This document shows, piece after piece, positions 29,392 through 38,902 of a stretch of DNA of 64,000 nucleotides (position 1 is the first letter of the stretch; each line of letters starts with the position of its first letter). The stretch lies in the IMG/VR virus record IMGVR_UViG_3300043185_000079; one strand, given 5' to 3'. The DNA is from a virus. The position numbers were made by a program, and so were the translations under genes. The notes below the pieces were generated by a model. That model saw only the letters and a program-made list of their open reading frames with translations, made no database searches and was not told where the DNA came from.

Positions 29392-29406
29392 CGGTTTTTG
29401 GGCTAT
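29392..29406 (+). promoter_or_regulatory. candidate late promoter motif CGGTTTTTGGGCTAT
   Basis: Consensus match directly after the NTase stop codon. Confidence 0.55.
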
Positions 29407-29851
29407 GGCCCATCTAAGGCATGCCCACGACACCAGCACGGCCCGAGTCGCATTGGAAGGGCCAGCCAAACGGGCTGCCGGCGCCCATTTCGATACCGCC
29501 TTTGTGTGGAACGACTCTGGCAAGTGGCGCGTGGAACTCACCAAGTTCATCTCGGGCGGTGGCATTCAACTCGGCAAGGCGACAGCCTTGGCCAACACGC
29601 ATGTCAGAGAGGCGAAGGCTTTTGCGAAGGCTCTCGAAGCTGGTCTGAACGAACAGGCCCTTGAGGCAAAGGTTACCGTGCCCTCCCCAGACAAGGTGAC
29701 CATCCTCGGCGATCTGGATGGCGCCTTCATGGCCATTGATGTCGATCTTGGCTTCCGAGAAGCCTCCCCACACGCAGAGAAGGCCATCAAGTCTGTGGTC
29801 TCTGATCTGGGGATCCGCGTCCGGCGTTACCCAGAGCCGGGCAGCGGCTGA
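29405..29851 (+). CDS. hypothetical, probable virion protein; start uncertain
   Basis: TARVALE and KRAA motifs near the N-terminus; ATG overlaps the promoter motif. Confidence 0.5.
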   Translation: MAHLRHAHDTSTARVALEGPAKRAAGAHFDTAFVWNDSGKWRVELTKFISGGGIQLGKATALANTHVREAKAFAKALEAGLNEQALEAKVTVPSPDKVTILGDLDGAFMAIDVDLGFREASPHAEKAIKSVVSDLGIRVRRYPEPGSG

Positions 29852-29875
29852 TCTGCGGCGGGTAGAGATGGGGAG

Positions 29876-30862
29876 ATGGTCCGTCTTCTCTGGCGCACCG
29901 ACGTCCACTACTCCGACCAAACGCCGTCGTCCAGGACCGATGACTGGACCGAAACGGTGGCGGGCAAGCTCGCCGAGGTTGGCGAGGTTGCCCGCGCCTA
30001 TGACGTCGCGGCGGTGCTCGACGGAGGCGACTTCTTCAACGACAAGACGCCGATTCGGACGAGTCACCGCCTCGTCAGCCGCATCGCGCAGATCCACGCA
30101 GGATATCCGTGTCCCGTCTACGGATCCGTCGGCAACCACGACATCCGCCTGGCGCAGATGGCCAACCTCGGGGAGAGTCCGTTGGAGAGCCTGTTCGCTG
30201 CGGGCGTGTTCAGGCGTCTCTACGACGAGCACGAGCTAGTCCTGGAGCGCGGGGGCGTGAAGGTGCGCGTCGTCGGGGTTCCGTACCACGGGCCTCGCTA
30301 CGACCTCGAAAGGTTTCGCAGGATCCGTCGCGGTGACGAGGACTGGCTCGTGTGTGTCGCCCATGTGCTGGCCAGCCCACAGGGCGGGGAGATGTTCAAG
30401 AACGAGGACATTCTCCGCTACGATGACCTGCCCGATCTGGCTCCGGACGTCTCGGTCTGGGCGTTTGGGCACTGGCACAAGAACCAGGGGATCCAGGAGA
30501 TCGCCGGAGGTCGGTGGGTGGTTAACGTTGGCAGTCTGACACGAGGGGCTCTCACGCAGGACAACATCGACCGCGAACCGGGCGTCGTGACCATGTGTTT
30601 CGGTCCCCGCGGCACCCGGCTGTCCCTCGACTTCGTCAAGATCCGCGTGCGTCCGGCGGGGGAGGTATTCGACATGCAGAAGCGTGTCCGAGAGGAGGCC
30701 AGGGCGATGACGGTTGACGCGTTCGTGGAGTCGATCCGGCGCGAACTCCAAGGGCCCACGGGTCGGCCGTTCCGCGAGATCATCGAGTCCGCCGACGTTC
30801 CAACGAAAGTCCGAGAGCGGGCCCTCGATTACATCGAGAGAGCTAGTGATTCGCCGCGGTAG
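29876..30862 (+). CDS. sbcD: SbcD/Mre11 metallophosphoesterase nuclease
   Basis: TDVH, GGDFF, GNHD, GHWH and NVGSL motifs. Confidence 0.88.
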   Translation: MVRLLWRTDVHYSDQTPSSRTDDWTETVAGKLAEVGEVARAYDVAAVLDGGDFFNDKTPIRTSHRLVSRIAQIHAGYPCPVYGSVGNHDIRLAQMANLGESPLESLFAAGVFRRLYDEHELVLERGGVKVRVVGVPYHGPRYDLERFRRIRRGDEDWLVCVAHVLASPQGGEMFKNEDILRYDDLPDLAPDVSVWAFGHWHKNQGIQEIAGGRWVVNVGSLTRGALTQDNIDREPGVVTMCFGPRGTRLSLDFVKIRVRPAGEVFDMQKRVREEARAMTVDAFVESIRRELQGPTGRPFREIIESADVPTKVRERALDYIERASDSPR

Positions 30863-30872
30863 AGTGTCCGCG

Positions 30873-31820
30873 ATGGCCAAACCCCCCGACACGCTGTACT
30901 GGGCGCATGTGGATGCCTACGAGAGGTGTCCGCAGAAAGGGCTGTGGCAGTATGGCTTCGGACAGATTGACATCGGTGGAGGCCCTGGGCGCCCGAAGCC
31001 CAAGCCACACGACAAGTCGCGTCACCATGCCGTCATGGGCATCGTGATCCAGGGGGTCCTCGAACAGTTCTACAACGAGGAGATGTGGCGGCACCGGGAA
31101 GGCCTCAAGGAGCGTCTCGTGAAAATGACGCGGGACAGACTGCTCGACGAACTCCCGCGCAATTACATCGACTGGAAAGAGTCCCCTCCACATGACGAGA
31201 TGGAACAGATCTGCGTGTCGGGCGTGTTGGGCTTCCTCTCGACGATGCAGGCGCACAAGCTGCTCGGACCGTACGCGCGCAGCGAGGTGACGCTGTTCGG
31301 CTACGCCGACAAGTACCTGGCTCTTGGAGGGAGAGCGGACTTCGTGATTCGTCGGGACGACACTGGGATCACGATGATCGACGGCAAGAACAGCATGACG
31401 AAGATGAAGCACGTGGACCCCGACCAGCTGCGGTGGTACGCCTTGTGCTTCGCGCTCAGCTATCGTAAGTTGCCCGATCGGCTCGGGTTCGTGTGGTTCA
31501 GGTTCCCCTACGATGAGGCGACAGGAGAGTCGGGTCTCGACTGGGTCGAGTTCACGCGGAGAGATCTCCGTGAGCTGGTCGAGCGGGCGCAGGCGGTGAG
31601 GAAGGGTCAGCGCAAGGAGCACTTTGACGCCAAGCCGGCTTACGATGTTTGCCGGCTCTGCGATTACGAGTCCGTGTGTCCGCAGCGCCAGGCCGCTCGC
31701 GAGGAAAACGCAGCCAAGCGGGCCAAGTCCCGCGGGCTGACGGTTGTCTCTGACGTCTCTCCCGAGGGAATCTTTGAGCTGGGATTCGGACGCCCACAGG
31801 ACGGGTCCGAAGGGGGGTAG
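30873..31820 (+). CDS. PD-(D/E)XK nuclease, Cas4/AddB-like with Fe-S-type cysteines
   Basis: RCPQ...GRADFV...IDGK...QLRWYA...CRLCDYESVC. Confidence 0.85.
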   Translation: MAKPPDTLYWAHVDAYERCPQKGLWQYGFGQIDIGGGPGRPKPKPHDKSRHHAVMGIVIQGVLEQFYNEEMWRHREGLKERLVKMTRDRLLDELPRNYIDWKESPPHDEMEQICVSGVLGFLSTMQAHKLLGPYARSEVTLFGYADKYLALGGRADFVIRRDDTGITMIDGKNSMTKMKHVDPDQLRWYALCFALSYRKLPDRLGFVWFRFPYDEATGESGLDWVEFTRRDLRELVERAQAVRKGQRKEHFDAKPAYDVCRLCDYESVCPQRQAAREENAAKRAKSRGLTVVSDVSPEGIFELGFGRPQDGSEGG

Positions 31821-31856
31821 TAGGGTTAGGACCATGTCGCGCCGCGAGAAGACCTT

Positions 31857-32126
31857 ATGAGCAACCTGGACCAGGAGCTGGAGCAGGTTGTCCAGAAGCG
31901 CAAGCGCCTGCGAGCGGACATCGAGCGGCTCAGAGGACGCAAGGAGCAGGCCGAGGCCAATCTTGCGCAGATCGAGGCCGAATGCCGGTCGAAGAACATC
32001 GACCCGGAGAAGATCGATCAGATCCTGGAACAGCTCGAAACCAAGTACCGCGATCTGGTCGAGGAACTGAAACGAGACACCGACGCAGCCGAACGGGCCC
32101 TCGCCCCGTTTGTCGGAGGAATGTGA
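31857..32126 (+). CDS. small coiled-coil protein
   Basis: 89 aa, heptad-rich. Confidence 0.7.
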   Translation: MSNLDQELEQVVQKRKRLRADIERLRGRKEQAEANLAQIEAECRSKNIDPEKIDQILEQLETKYRDLVEELKRDTDAAERALAPFVGGM

Positions 32127-32130
32127 ACCA

Positions 32131-33291
32131 ATGAAAATCGAAATCGCCAAGGCAGATCTGGAGGCCGCCCTCGCGGTCGTGTCCCCCGTAGCAAAGACGA
32201 GCAACAGCGACCTAACCGCGCATGTCGTCTTCCGTCGCCTCATGAATGATCAGGTCGAGGTGCTCTCCAACAGCGGCAGGATTGGGGCATCGACGATCCT
32301 CGTCGGCTGCAAGGTTACTCTCGGCGACGACGATGACGGCAAGTTCACGATCGAGGCCGCACGGCTCGGGAAGTGGATCGCTCCCGAGGAGGCCGGGGTG
32401 ATCACGCTGGAGGAGGAGAAACCGGGCGTCGTCGTGGCACGAGGGTCCTTCGGGTTCGTGAAGTTCCTGAGCGATGATCCCGACAAGTTCCCGTTCTGGG
32501 ACGACACGTTCGCCGAGGCAACGCAGGCATTGGCCGTCAAGGCCAAGCGCCTGCACTCGGCACTCTCGTACGTGAAGCTGTTTGTCAGCGATAAGGACAC
32601 CACGAACCCGAAGCTCGGCGTCACCGAGGCGATCAACGGTGCTCTCCAAGCGACCGACAAGGGAGCGCTCGCGGTCGTGACGTTGCCCGAACTCAAGGAC
32701 AGCCACCTCCGACTGCACCGAGAGGATCTTCCGTACGTGCTCTCGTTCATCGCCGGTTCGAGCGACGCGGAGGGGGACATCGAGATCAAGGAGCACGATA
32801 GGTGCCTGTTCTTCGTGCGTCCCGGCAGCGTCCTCCTCGTCGCCAAGACGCATCATGCCTTCCCGGCCATCGCTCTCGACAAAAACGCAGAGGATCCCCA
32901 CTGGTGGACGCTGCCCGCCGGCAAGCTCCAGGCGGCGATCAACGGAATTGCCGCGGCGGCCTCCAAGGAAGACAACCGGCTCCGTTTCCAGCTCGAGGGG
33001 GAGCGGGTGATGCTCTCCATGACCGCCCCCGACGGGACACGGATGGTGTACCAGCTGGATGCCGCGGAACCGGGCTCCCAGGATAACGCGGCCAGCCTCC
33101 CGGACGAGGGCTTCGATCTCTCCAACAACTATCTCCTCAAGGTGCTCGGTCATCATCAGGGAGAATCCATCCGCTTCGGGATCAACCCGCAGTTCGACAA
33201 GAAGACCAAGAAGCTGCAGGGGGGCTGGGTCCGTTTCCGAGAGGATCGGAATGGAGACGACTACTTGACGTTGCTCGTGTGGCAGCGATGA
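32131..33291 (+). CDS. dnaN: DNA polymerase III beta sliding clamp-like
   Basis: About 386 aa; MKIEIAKADLEAAL start, DKFP, QATDK, AFP and NNYLLKVL match beta-clamp repeats. Confidence 0.75.
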   Translation: MKIEIAKADLEAALAVVSPVAKTSNSDLTAHVVFRRLMNDQVEVLSNSGRIGASTILVGCKVTLGDDDDGKFTIEAARLGKWIAPEEAGVITLEEEKPGVVVARGSFGFVKFLSDDPDKFPFWDDTFAEATQALAVKAKRLHSALSYVKLFVSDKDTTNPKLGVTEAINGALQATDKGALAVVTLPELKDSHLRLHREDLPYVLSFIAGSSDAEGDIEIKEHDRCLFFVRPGSVLLVAKTHHAFPAIALDKNAEDPHWWTLPAGKLQAAINGIAAAASKEDNRLRFQLEGERVMLSMTAPDGTRMVYQLDAAEPGSQDNAASLPDEGFDLSNNYLLKVLGHHQGESIRFGINPQFDKKTKKLQGGWVRFREDRNGDDYLTLLVWQR

Positions 33292-33298
33292 GCACGGA

Positions 33299-33973
33299 GT
33301 GGGCACGGTGGATCTTCCCTCGCTCCCCGACCTGACACATGCACAGGCCCTGGCCAACCGGGCTCTGGGTCTACGAGAGGCCCTGGATGAGCAGATCGCG
33401 GAGAATGCCCGACAGATCAAGGACCTGGAGGACGAGGAACAGATCCTCGACCTCGTGGCCTCCCTGATCCGACAGATCATTGACGCAGAGGTCACCGATG
33501 GCGTGAAGGCGGTGGAGAGGCTTCAAAGCGAGGGCCTCCGGGAGATCTTCTACGACCAGGAGCTATCCGTCAGAGCTGACGTCGAGGAGGCTCGTGGAAA
33601 GATCTCCGTCACGCTCTTGACGAACCAGAAGCGCAAGGACGGCTCCGTTGTCGAAGGCGTGAGTGACCAGTCGTTCGGGGGAAGCGTCCTCACCATGCAG
33701 AGTGTGTTGATGCGGATCACCGTCATCTACCGCCGGAAGATGCGCCCACTCTTGCTCCTGGACGAGACGCTCGTAGCCGTGGCCAACAGGTACGTCGACC
33801 GTGCGGCCCGGTTCCTCTCCACGCTGTGTCGTCGTCTCGGTCTGGACGTTCTCCTGATTACGCACGACGAGGCCCTTGTGAGCGCTGCCCATCGGGCCTA
33901 TCAGGTGACCAACCACAATGACCGGGCCAAGTTCACGCCGATCTCGGCTGCCGACAGCGAGGGCATGAGGTGA
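33299..33973 (+). CDS. sbcC: SbcC/Rad50 C-terminal half (signature, Walker B, H-loop)
   Basis: Short coiled coil, SFGG signature-like motif, LLLLDE and LITHD. Confidence 0.8.
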   Translation: MGTVDLPSLPDLTHAQALANRALGLREALDEQIAENARQIKDLEDEEQILDLVASLIRQIIDAEVTDGVKAVERLQSEGLREIFYDQELSVRADVEEARGKISVTLLTNQKRKDGSVVEGVSDQSFGGSVLTMQSVLMRITVIYRRKMRPLLLLDETLVAVANRYVDRAARFLSTLCRRLGLDVLLITHDEALVSAAHRAYQVTNHNDRAKFTPISAADSEGMR

Positions 33974-34461
33974 AGACCGCTGGACAGATTCGGCAGAAGT
34001 TGAAGCAGGTCGTCTACCGGCACCGCAAGGAGCATGTCCGCCGGGGCTTGGCGAGGCGCCCTGAAAACTGCGAGCACAACGGTGTTGTTCATCTCCCGGT
34101 CCACATGGCCAACCGCGAGACGGTTAGGATCTGCCGTTACGTCGACGATAACGGCGCGTGGAGGAATCGAGTTTGCGACCCTGCGTTAGGCGGTGTACAG
34201 CAGGCGCAGGCGTGTCCCCACTTTTCGTGCTGCAACACGCCCGAATCCCTCAAGGAGGATTTTGGACGAGGAATCGGTCTTGACGGCACGCCCGTGGAGA
34301 TCGGACACATCGCCAAGCACTATCCAGACGTCGCCGCGCTCATGTGGGTCCTGGGCCCGGTCGCGGGACCCCAAGCCCCAGAGGATGACCCCATCGACGA
34401 TGGCATACTGGCCTTCTTCGGACCCTCCGAGAGCCTGGAGGACGAGGAGACCGATGAGTAG
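33970..34461 (+). CDS. Cys-rich hypothetical protein
   Basis: GTGA overlap; NCEHN...ICRY...VCD...CPHF. Confidence 0.6.
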   Translation: MKTAGQIRQKLKQVVYRHRKEHVRRGLARRPENCEHNGVVHLPVHMANRETVRICRYVDDNGAWRNRVCDPALGGVQQAQACPHFSCCNTPESLKEDFGRGIGLDGTPVEIGHIAKHYPDVAALMWVLGPVAGPQAPEDDPIDDGILAFFGPSESLEDEETDE

Positions 34462-34999
34462 CGATCTCATGGAGGTCGTGAACTTCGACGCCATGATCCG
34501 CGACACGCGTCGTGGACGCGCATCGCCGTACATGGTCGAGTTCCAGGTGAACCCTGGTATCGCGCCGTACCTCGTGTCGAGCTTGACGGCGGTGGTCTGG
34601 GTTGACCATGCCTCGCGTTCGTCCACGATCCGCGCGGCCGTCAGAAAGAGACAGGGGATTGAGGCGGACATGGTCGCCGCGATCGCTGACATGGGCGCCA
34701 AGGCAGACTGGGGGAACGTCCACCCCCTGACCAGCGACGGGCTTGCGGCTTGTGTGGCCCATCTTCGCTACTACGGCCTCGAGGCGATCGAGGCCCTCGT
34801 TGCGCCAGATACCGATCTGGCGGGAGTCACTCTCCCGGAGGGCGTGCCCCTCTCCGAGGCGCAGTGGTTACCGAGGAACACCGTCGTCGTCGTCCCCGGA
34901 GATCGGAGCTTCGTCGGCTCGCTGGGTACTATCGGCCAGCACAAGGCGGTCGCCGTGCTGCACAATCCGAGCCGCGGCGTTGGGGTGGCGTGGCGATGA
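34454..34999 (+). CDS. hypothetical protein
   Basis: AGGAG RBS; overlaps both neighbours. Confidence 0.6.
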   Translation: MSSDLMEVVNFDAMIRDTRRGRASPYMVEFQVNPGIAPYLVSSLTAVVWVDHASRSSTIRAAVRKRQGIEADMVAAIADMGAKADWGNVHPLTSDGLAACVAHLRYYGLEAIEALVAPDTDLAGVTLPEGVPLSEAQWLPRNTVVVVPGDRSFVGSLGTIGQHKAVAVLHNPSRGVGVAWR

Positions 35000-35697
35000 G
35001 GGAGTGGCTCCTTGCCGCACTGGAGGCATGCTCGCTCGACGACGAGGCACTAAATTACCTCGTCGCGCGGGGGGCCACCCCGGAAATCATCGAGCAATGG
35101 GGGATCAAGACATGGGACTGTCCCCTTCAACGGTGCCAGGATACGCAGATGGCCGAGAAGTACGGTCCGTACTTTGAGCACTTGGCTGGACGCGTCGTCT
35201 ATCCGTTGTGGTCTGCTCGAGGCGAGCTTCTCGGGATCGACACCCGCAACGTCGACCGAAAGGATGACGTGCGGGTGCTGCTCGCGGAGAGTCGTTGGAA
35301 CGCGGTGTGGATTGGCATGCCGGTGGCGATGGACGCTATCTGGAACCGTCGCGATGTCTACTTGGTTGAAGGTAGGTTCGACGTGTTCGCCATGCTCCAC
35401 GTCGTCCGAGAGGCCGCCGTCCTCGGTTCTGCCTCTGCTGGGCTCTCGTGGCGGCAGGCAGATTTCCTCGGTCGATGGCTCGGAGGCCGCGTTACCGAGG
35501 AACGGTCTGGCCGTGTCCACATCGTCTATGATATGGACGATGCTGGCCGGGAGGGCTCGTCGAAGGTCCTGCGTGATCTCCAGCGCCGTGGGGTAGAATG
35601 TGACGAGATCCGCTACGGTCGAGCCGGAGATGATCCCGGCGCAATCTGGGACCGCGGAGGCCGGGACGCACTGAGAGCGGCATTCCCTCAAATCTGA
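34996..35697 (+). CDS. dnaG: DnaG-type primase core (TOPRIM), no Zn-binding domain
   Basis: YLVARG, GRVVYP, YLVEGRFD, YDMDDAG and DDPG. Confidence 0.8.
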   Translation: MREWLLAALEACSLDDEALNYLVARGATPEIIEQWGIKTWDCPLQRCQDTQMAEKYGPYFEHLAGRVVYPLWSARGELLGIDTRNVDRKDDVRVLLAESRWNAVWIGMPVAMDAIWNRRDVYLVEGRFDVFAMLHVVREAAVLGSASAGLSWRQADFLGRWLGGRVTEERSGRVHIVYDMDDAGREGSSKVLRDLQRRGVECDEIRYGRAGDDPGAIWDRGGRDALRAAFPQI

Positions 35698-35708
35698 AAG
35701 GCAACGCC

Positions 35709-36245
35709 ATGGAAATCTGGAAGGCTGGACCGGACGTTATGAAGATGCTCCGGGATCTGATCAAGAAGCATCACCCTCACCTGCTCCTCGTCGAAGACGA
35801 GATCGGTGTAGTTTTCCGTGAGAAGGCAAAGGAAATTGCCGGTGTGACGATCCTCGGGGCGACACGCAAGGCACCTCCGCTCCTTCCCGTGCTCACCGAC
35901 AAGAAGTTCACGTACAAGTACATCGTCGAACTCGCTGCCGACGCGTGGCAGACCCTGGACGATCGGCAACGCATGGCCTGTCTGGACCACCACCTGTGCT
36001 CCATGCGCGTCGAAGAGGACGCGGAAAGCGGTGAGATGAAGTGTTCGATTCGTCCGCCCGACTTCATCGGCTACAAGGGTGAAGTAGAACGATGGGGCAT
36101 GTGGCGTCCTATGGACGATGAGACGTTGACGGTGATCGAGCAGATGTTCAGCGACAAGGCGGAGTCGAAACCACAGAAGCGGTCCTCTGCCGATGACGAC
36201 ATGGATGAAATCCTCGACGCTCTCAGCGGCAAGCAACCCAACTGA
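35709..36245 (+). CDS. phage metallopeptidase-like protein, degenerate HExxH
   Basis: WQTLDDRQRMACLDHHLCSM...PPDF...EVERWG. Confidence 0.55.
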   Translation: MEIWKAGPDVMKMLRDLIKKHHPHLLLVEDEIGVVFREKAKEIAGVTILGATRKAPPLLPVLTDKKFTYKYIVELAADAWQTLDDRQRMACLDHHLCSMRVEEDAESGEMKCSIRPPDFIGYKGEVERWGMWRPMDDETLTVIEQMFSDKAESKPQKRSSADDDMDEILDALSGKQPN

Positions 36246-36281
36246 CCCCGAGACGCCGGGAGGGTAAAAGGCAGACCCGGC

Positions 36282-37751
36282 ATGAGTCTGGACACGAAGT
36301 ACCGACCGACGCGTTACTCGGACGTGCTCGGTCAAGACGCCACGGTCAAGGTTTGTCGCGAGTACGTACGGTCGGGGCACGGTTTTCGGCAGAGCTATGT
36401 TTTCGCTGGTCCTTGGGGCTCCGGCAAGACCACACTCGCCCGGATCCTCGCTCGGGCTTTGCTCTGCGAGAACCCGCGTGAAGGCGAGCCGTGCGATGAG
36501 TGTTACCAGTGTCGCACGATGCTCGACGATCGATCGGAGGTGTTCGTCGAGGTTGACGCGGCCACCAACTCCGGCAAGGAGGACATTCGCCGCATCACGG
36601 ACGAGGTGCGATACGGGACGTTCTCGGGACTCAGGAAGGTCTATCTTCTGGACGAGTCCCATGAACTCAGCCGTCAAGCCATGGACGCGATGCTCAAGCC
36701 CCTAGAGGACAACGTTCGTGGCACCCAGGACAAGCAGCTGGTGTGCATATTCTGCACGACGGAACCGGAGAAAATGCGGAAGGCGATCCTTTCTCGCTGT
36801 GCGCCCGTGTTCAAGATCAGGACGAACACGCCCGAGGAGATCGTCAGCCGCCTCGACTCCATCTGCGAACAAGAGGGCATCGAGCGCGAGCCCGAGGCGC
36901 TGCGTCTCATCGCCGAAGCTACCGAGTGCCATGTGCGGGACGCGATCAAGTCCGTTGAGGGTGTGTCGATGCTCGGAGGCATCACACGGGCCAACGTCGA
37001 GGCGTACCTTCTCCTCGACGCGAACGTGTTGTTCCTCGACCTTCTCGATCTGATCGGAACAGACCTCCCCGGCGCGCTCGAAATCCTGGACCGGCTGGGT
37101 GAGAAAATCTCGCCCGCCTCGTGTTACGAGCGATTGGCAGACGTCTGCATGCTCGCCTATCGCCTGGCGAAAGTCGGAACCACGGCTATCCCCTCCTACT
37201 GGGATAGCCAACGGCTCTCAGCCGTTGGAGTCCGGCACGCGGATTTCCTGGTCGAGTTCGGGCAGCGTTTCGCACAGCGCCCCGGACACCCCACGCCGGC
37301 GATGCTGTGCTGCGACGTTGCCACGCTGCACCAGCAGCGTACGGGGGCCGTAGTTCGGGCGGAGACGGTCGTCGTTTCCGCCCCCACTCTGGTCCAGACT
37401 GTGATTGCGTCATCTCCATCTGTGGATCTCGTCGCCGATCGATCGACGGCACAGGCCGGGCATGCCGAAGTTCCTATCGTGGCCTCCCCGCCAGACGTCG
37501 CGAGCCCAGGGGAGCCGGGTAGTATGCGCCGAGACCCGGCCTTGACCGACGGGACTCGCACTTACATCGATCCACGAGCGCAGCAACATGCGAAATCCTT
37601 CCCCGCCTATCCCGCTCCGAGCAACGGTTCTGCGGGTCCTCTCTCGCTCGCGGCGTTCGAGCAGTACCTTCGGCAGTGGGTCCTTGAGCTGATTGAGGAG
37701 AAAGCGACCGGTGGTAGACCAGCGAGACGGGACGACATGGGTAGCCCTTGA
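36282..37751 (+). CDS. dnaX: DNA polymerase III gamma/tau clamp-loader ATPase
   Basis: KYRP, GPWGSGKTT, PCDECYQC, LDESH and ILSRC. Confidence 0.93.
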   Translation: MSLDTKYRPTRYSDVLGQDATVKVCREYVRSGHGFRQSYVFAGPWGSGKTTLARILARALLCENPREGEPCDECYQCRTMLDDRSEVFVEVDAATNSGKEDIRRITDEVRYGTFSGLRKVYLLDESHELSRQAMDAMLKPLEDNVRGTQDKQLVCIFCTTEPEKMRKAILSRCAPVFKIRTNTPEEIVSRLDSICEQEGIEREPEALRLIAEATECHVRDAIKSVEGVSMLGGITRANVEAYLLLDANVLFLDLLDLIGTDLPGALEILDRLGEKISPASCYERLADVCMLAYRLAKVGTTAIPSYWDSQRLSAVGVRHADFLVEFGQRFAQRPGHPTPAMLCCDVATLHQQRTGAVVRAETVVVSAPTLVQTVIASSPSVDLVADRSTAQAGHAEVPIVASPPDVASPGEPGSMRRDPALTDGTRTYIDPRAQQHAKSFPAYPAPSNGSAGPLSLAAFEQYLRQWVLELIEEKATGGRPARRDDMGSP

Positions 37752-38241
37752 GCTGACGCGCTACGGAGAAAAGCTGATTGAGGACGGGAGCCTCGCGACC
37801 GACTTGCGGCGGCAGCTGGACGTCGACGAGAACTGGCCCGTGTTCATTCCCGCCCGCATCTACGAGCGTAAGGGGCGAAAGTACACGGTCCACTTGATGG
37901 AGGGCTACGCCTTCGTCGCAACGGGACTCGACGAGGTTCGTTACTTCCGCCTGGAGACTACCAAGCTGGTCCAGCAGGTAATGGCTACGCGCGATCCGCG
38001 CGGAGTTCGGGTCCTGAGGCCCATCGGGGACAGCAAAGTGGCCGATCTTCGGCGCCGGCTAATCGACGAGGTGGCCGCTGACATCATCCCGGGGATGCAG
38101 GTTCTCGTCACGGATGGGATCTACAAGGCACTCGAAGGTATAGTGCTCGACATCGAGGGCGATCACGCGGTCGTCCACTTTGAGCTGCGGTCCCTCAAAG
38201 TCATTTCCAAGGTCCCCAAGATCTTCTTGGATACCGCGTGA
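37711..38241 (+). CDS. nusG: NusG/RfaH-like transcription factor
   Basis: VFIP...LMEGYAFV NGN domain; KOW motif GMQVLVTDGIYKALEGIV. Confidence 0.8.
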   Translation: MVDQRDGTTWVALELTRYGEKLIEDGSLATDLRRQLDVDENWPVFIPARIYERKGRKYTVHLMEGYAFVATGLDEVRYFRLETTKLVQQVMATRDPRGVRVLRPIGDSKVADLRRRLIDEVAADIIPGMQVLVTDGIYKALEGIVLDIEGDHAVVHFELRSLKVISKVPKIFLDTA

Positions 38242-38247
38242 ACCCAA

Positions 38248-38859
38248 ATGCCATCAGCGTGGTCGGACTGCCGGTCGGTAGATCCATCTGAAATTGAGAG
38301 TCGGGTCAGCACCGACGACAACCTGGAGTTCCTCGAACAGATCCTCTCCGAGGAGCCAACCGAGGAATCGCAGCGCAACCTCGAACGGGTGCGCCAGATC
38401 ATGGAGGAGCTGCCGCCCCGGGAGGCGGACTTCGTCGAACTCTACTTCTTCGCCCACAAGACCCAGACCGACATCGCGGAGATCTTCAAGGTGTCGCAGC
38501 CGACGGTGTGCTACCGGTTGCAGCGGGCGACCAAGCGCATTCGGTTCGTCCTCAGTCTCCCAGATGTGGATCCCGATGAGATGCAGAACGAGCTGGACCA
38601 CTTCCTGTCGGATCCAGAAGACGTCCGTATCATGGTGCTCATGTACGCGACCACGTGCCAGAGCGCGGTGGCCAAGGAACTGGGAGTCACACAGGGGAAG
38701 GTGCGGCATCGGTTCATGCGCAGCACCCGACGCATGGCTGACGATCCAGCCATGGAGAAGTACGCCCGAGTCTTCGAGCTGATTTCCCACAACCTCAACA
38801 TCCGGCGCGAGGTGGATCGTCCGGCGTGGGACGAGAAGATAGCCTACGTCGTGGATTAA
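38248..38859 (+). CDS. tandem sigma70 region-4 HTH protein
   Basis: LPPREADFVELYFFAHKTQTDIAEIFKVSQPTV and QSAVAKELGVTQGKV. Confidence 0.75.
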   Translation: MPSAWSDCRSVDPSEIESRVSTDDNLEFLEQILSEEPTEESQRNLERVRQIMEELPPREADFVELYFFAHKTQTDIAEIFKVSQPTVCYRLQRATKRIRFVLSLPDVDPDEMQNELDHFLSDPEDVRIMVLMYATTCQSAVAKELGVTQGKVRHRFMRSTRRMADDPAMEKYARVFELISHNLNIRREVDRPAWDEKIAYVVD

Positions 38860-38862
38860 GGG

Positions 38863-38877
38863 CGGTTTTCGTCCTAT
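38863..38877 (+). promoter_or_regulatory. candidate late promoter motif CGGTTTTCGTCCTAT
   Basis: Consensus match at the start of the structural block, followed by AGGAGG and ATG 38903. Confidence 0.7.
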
Positions 38878-38902
38878 CCGAACGTGCCTCGTAGGAGGCA
38901 CC

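Noticed and set aside
30873-31820. Cas4 as evidence of CRISPR-Cas
   Set aside because: No cas1/cas2 or array; solo Cas4-like nucleases are common in phage recombination clusters.
34454-34999. Capsid-like fragment (LPRNTVVVVP...FVG)
   Set aside because: Resemblance is too short and the context is replication genes; it needs a profile search.
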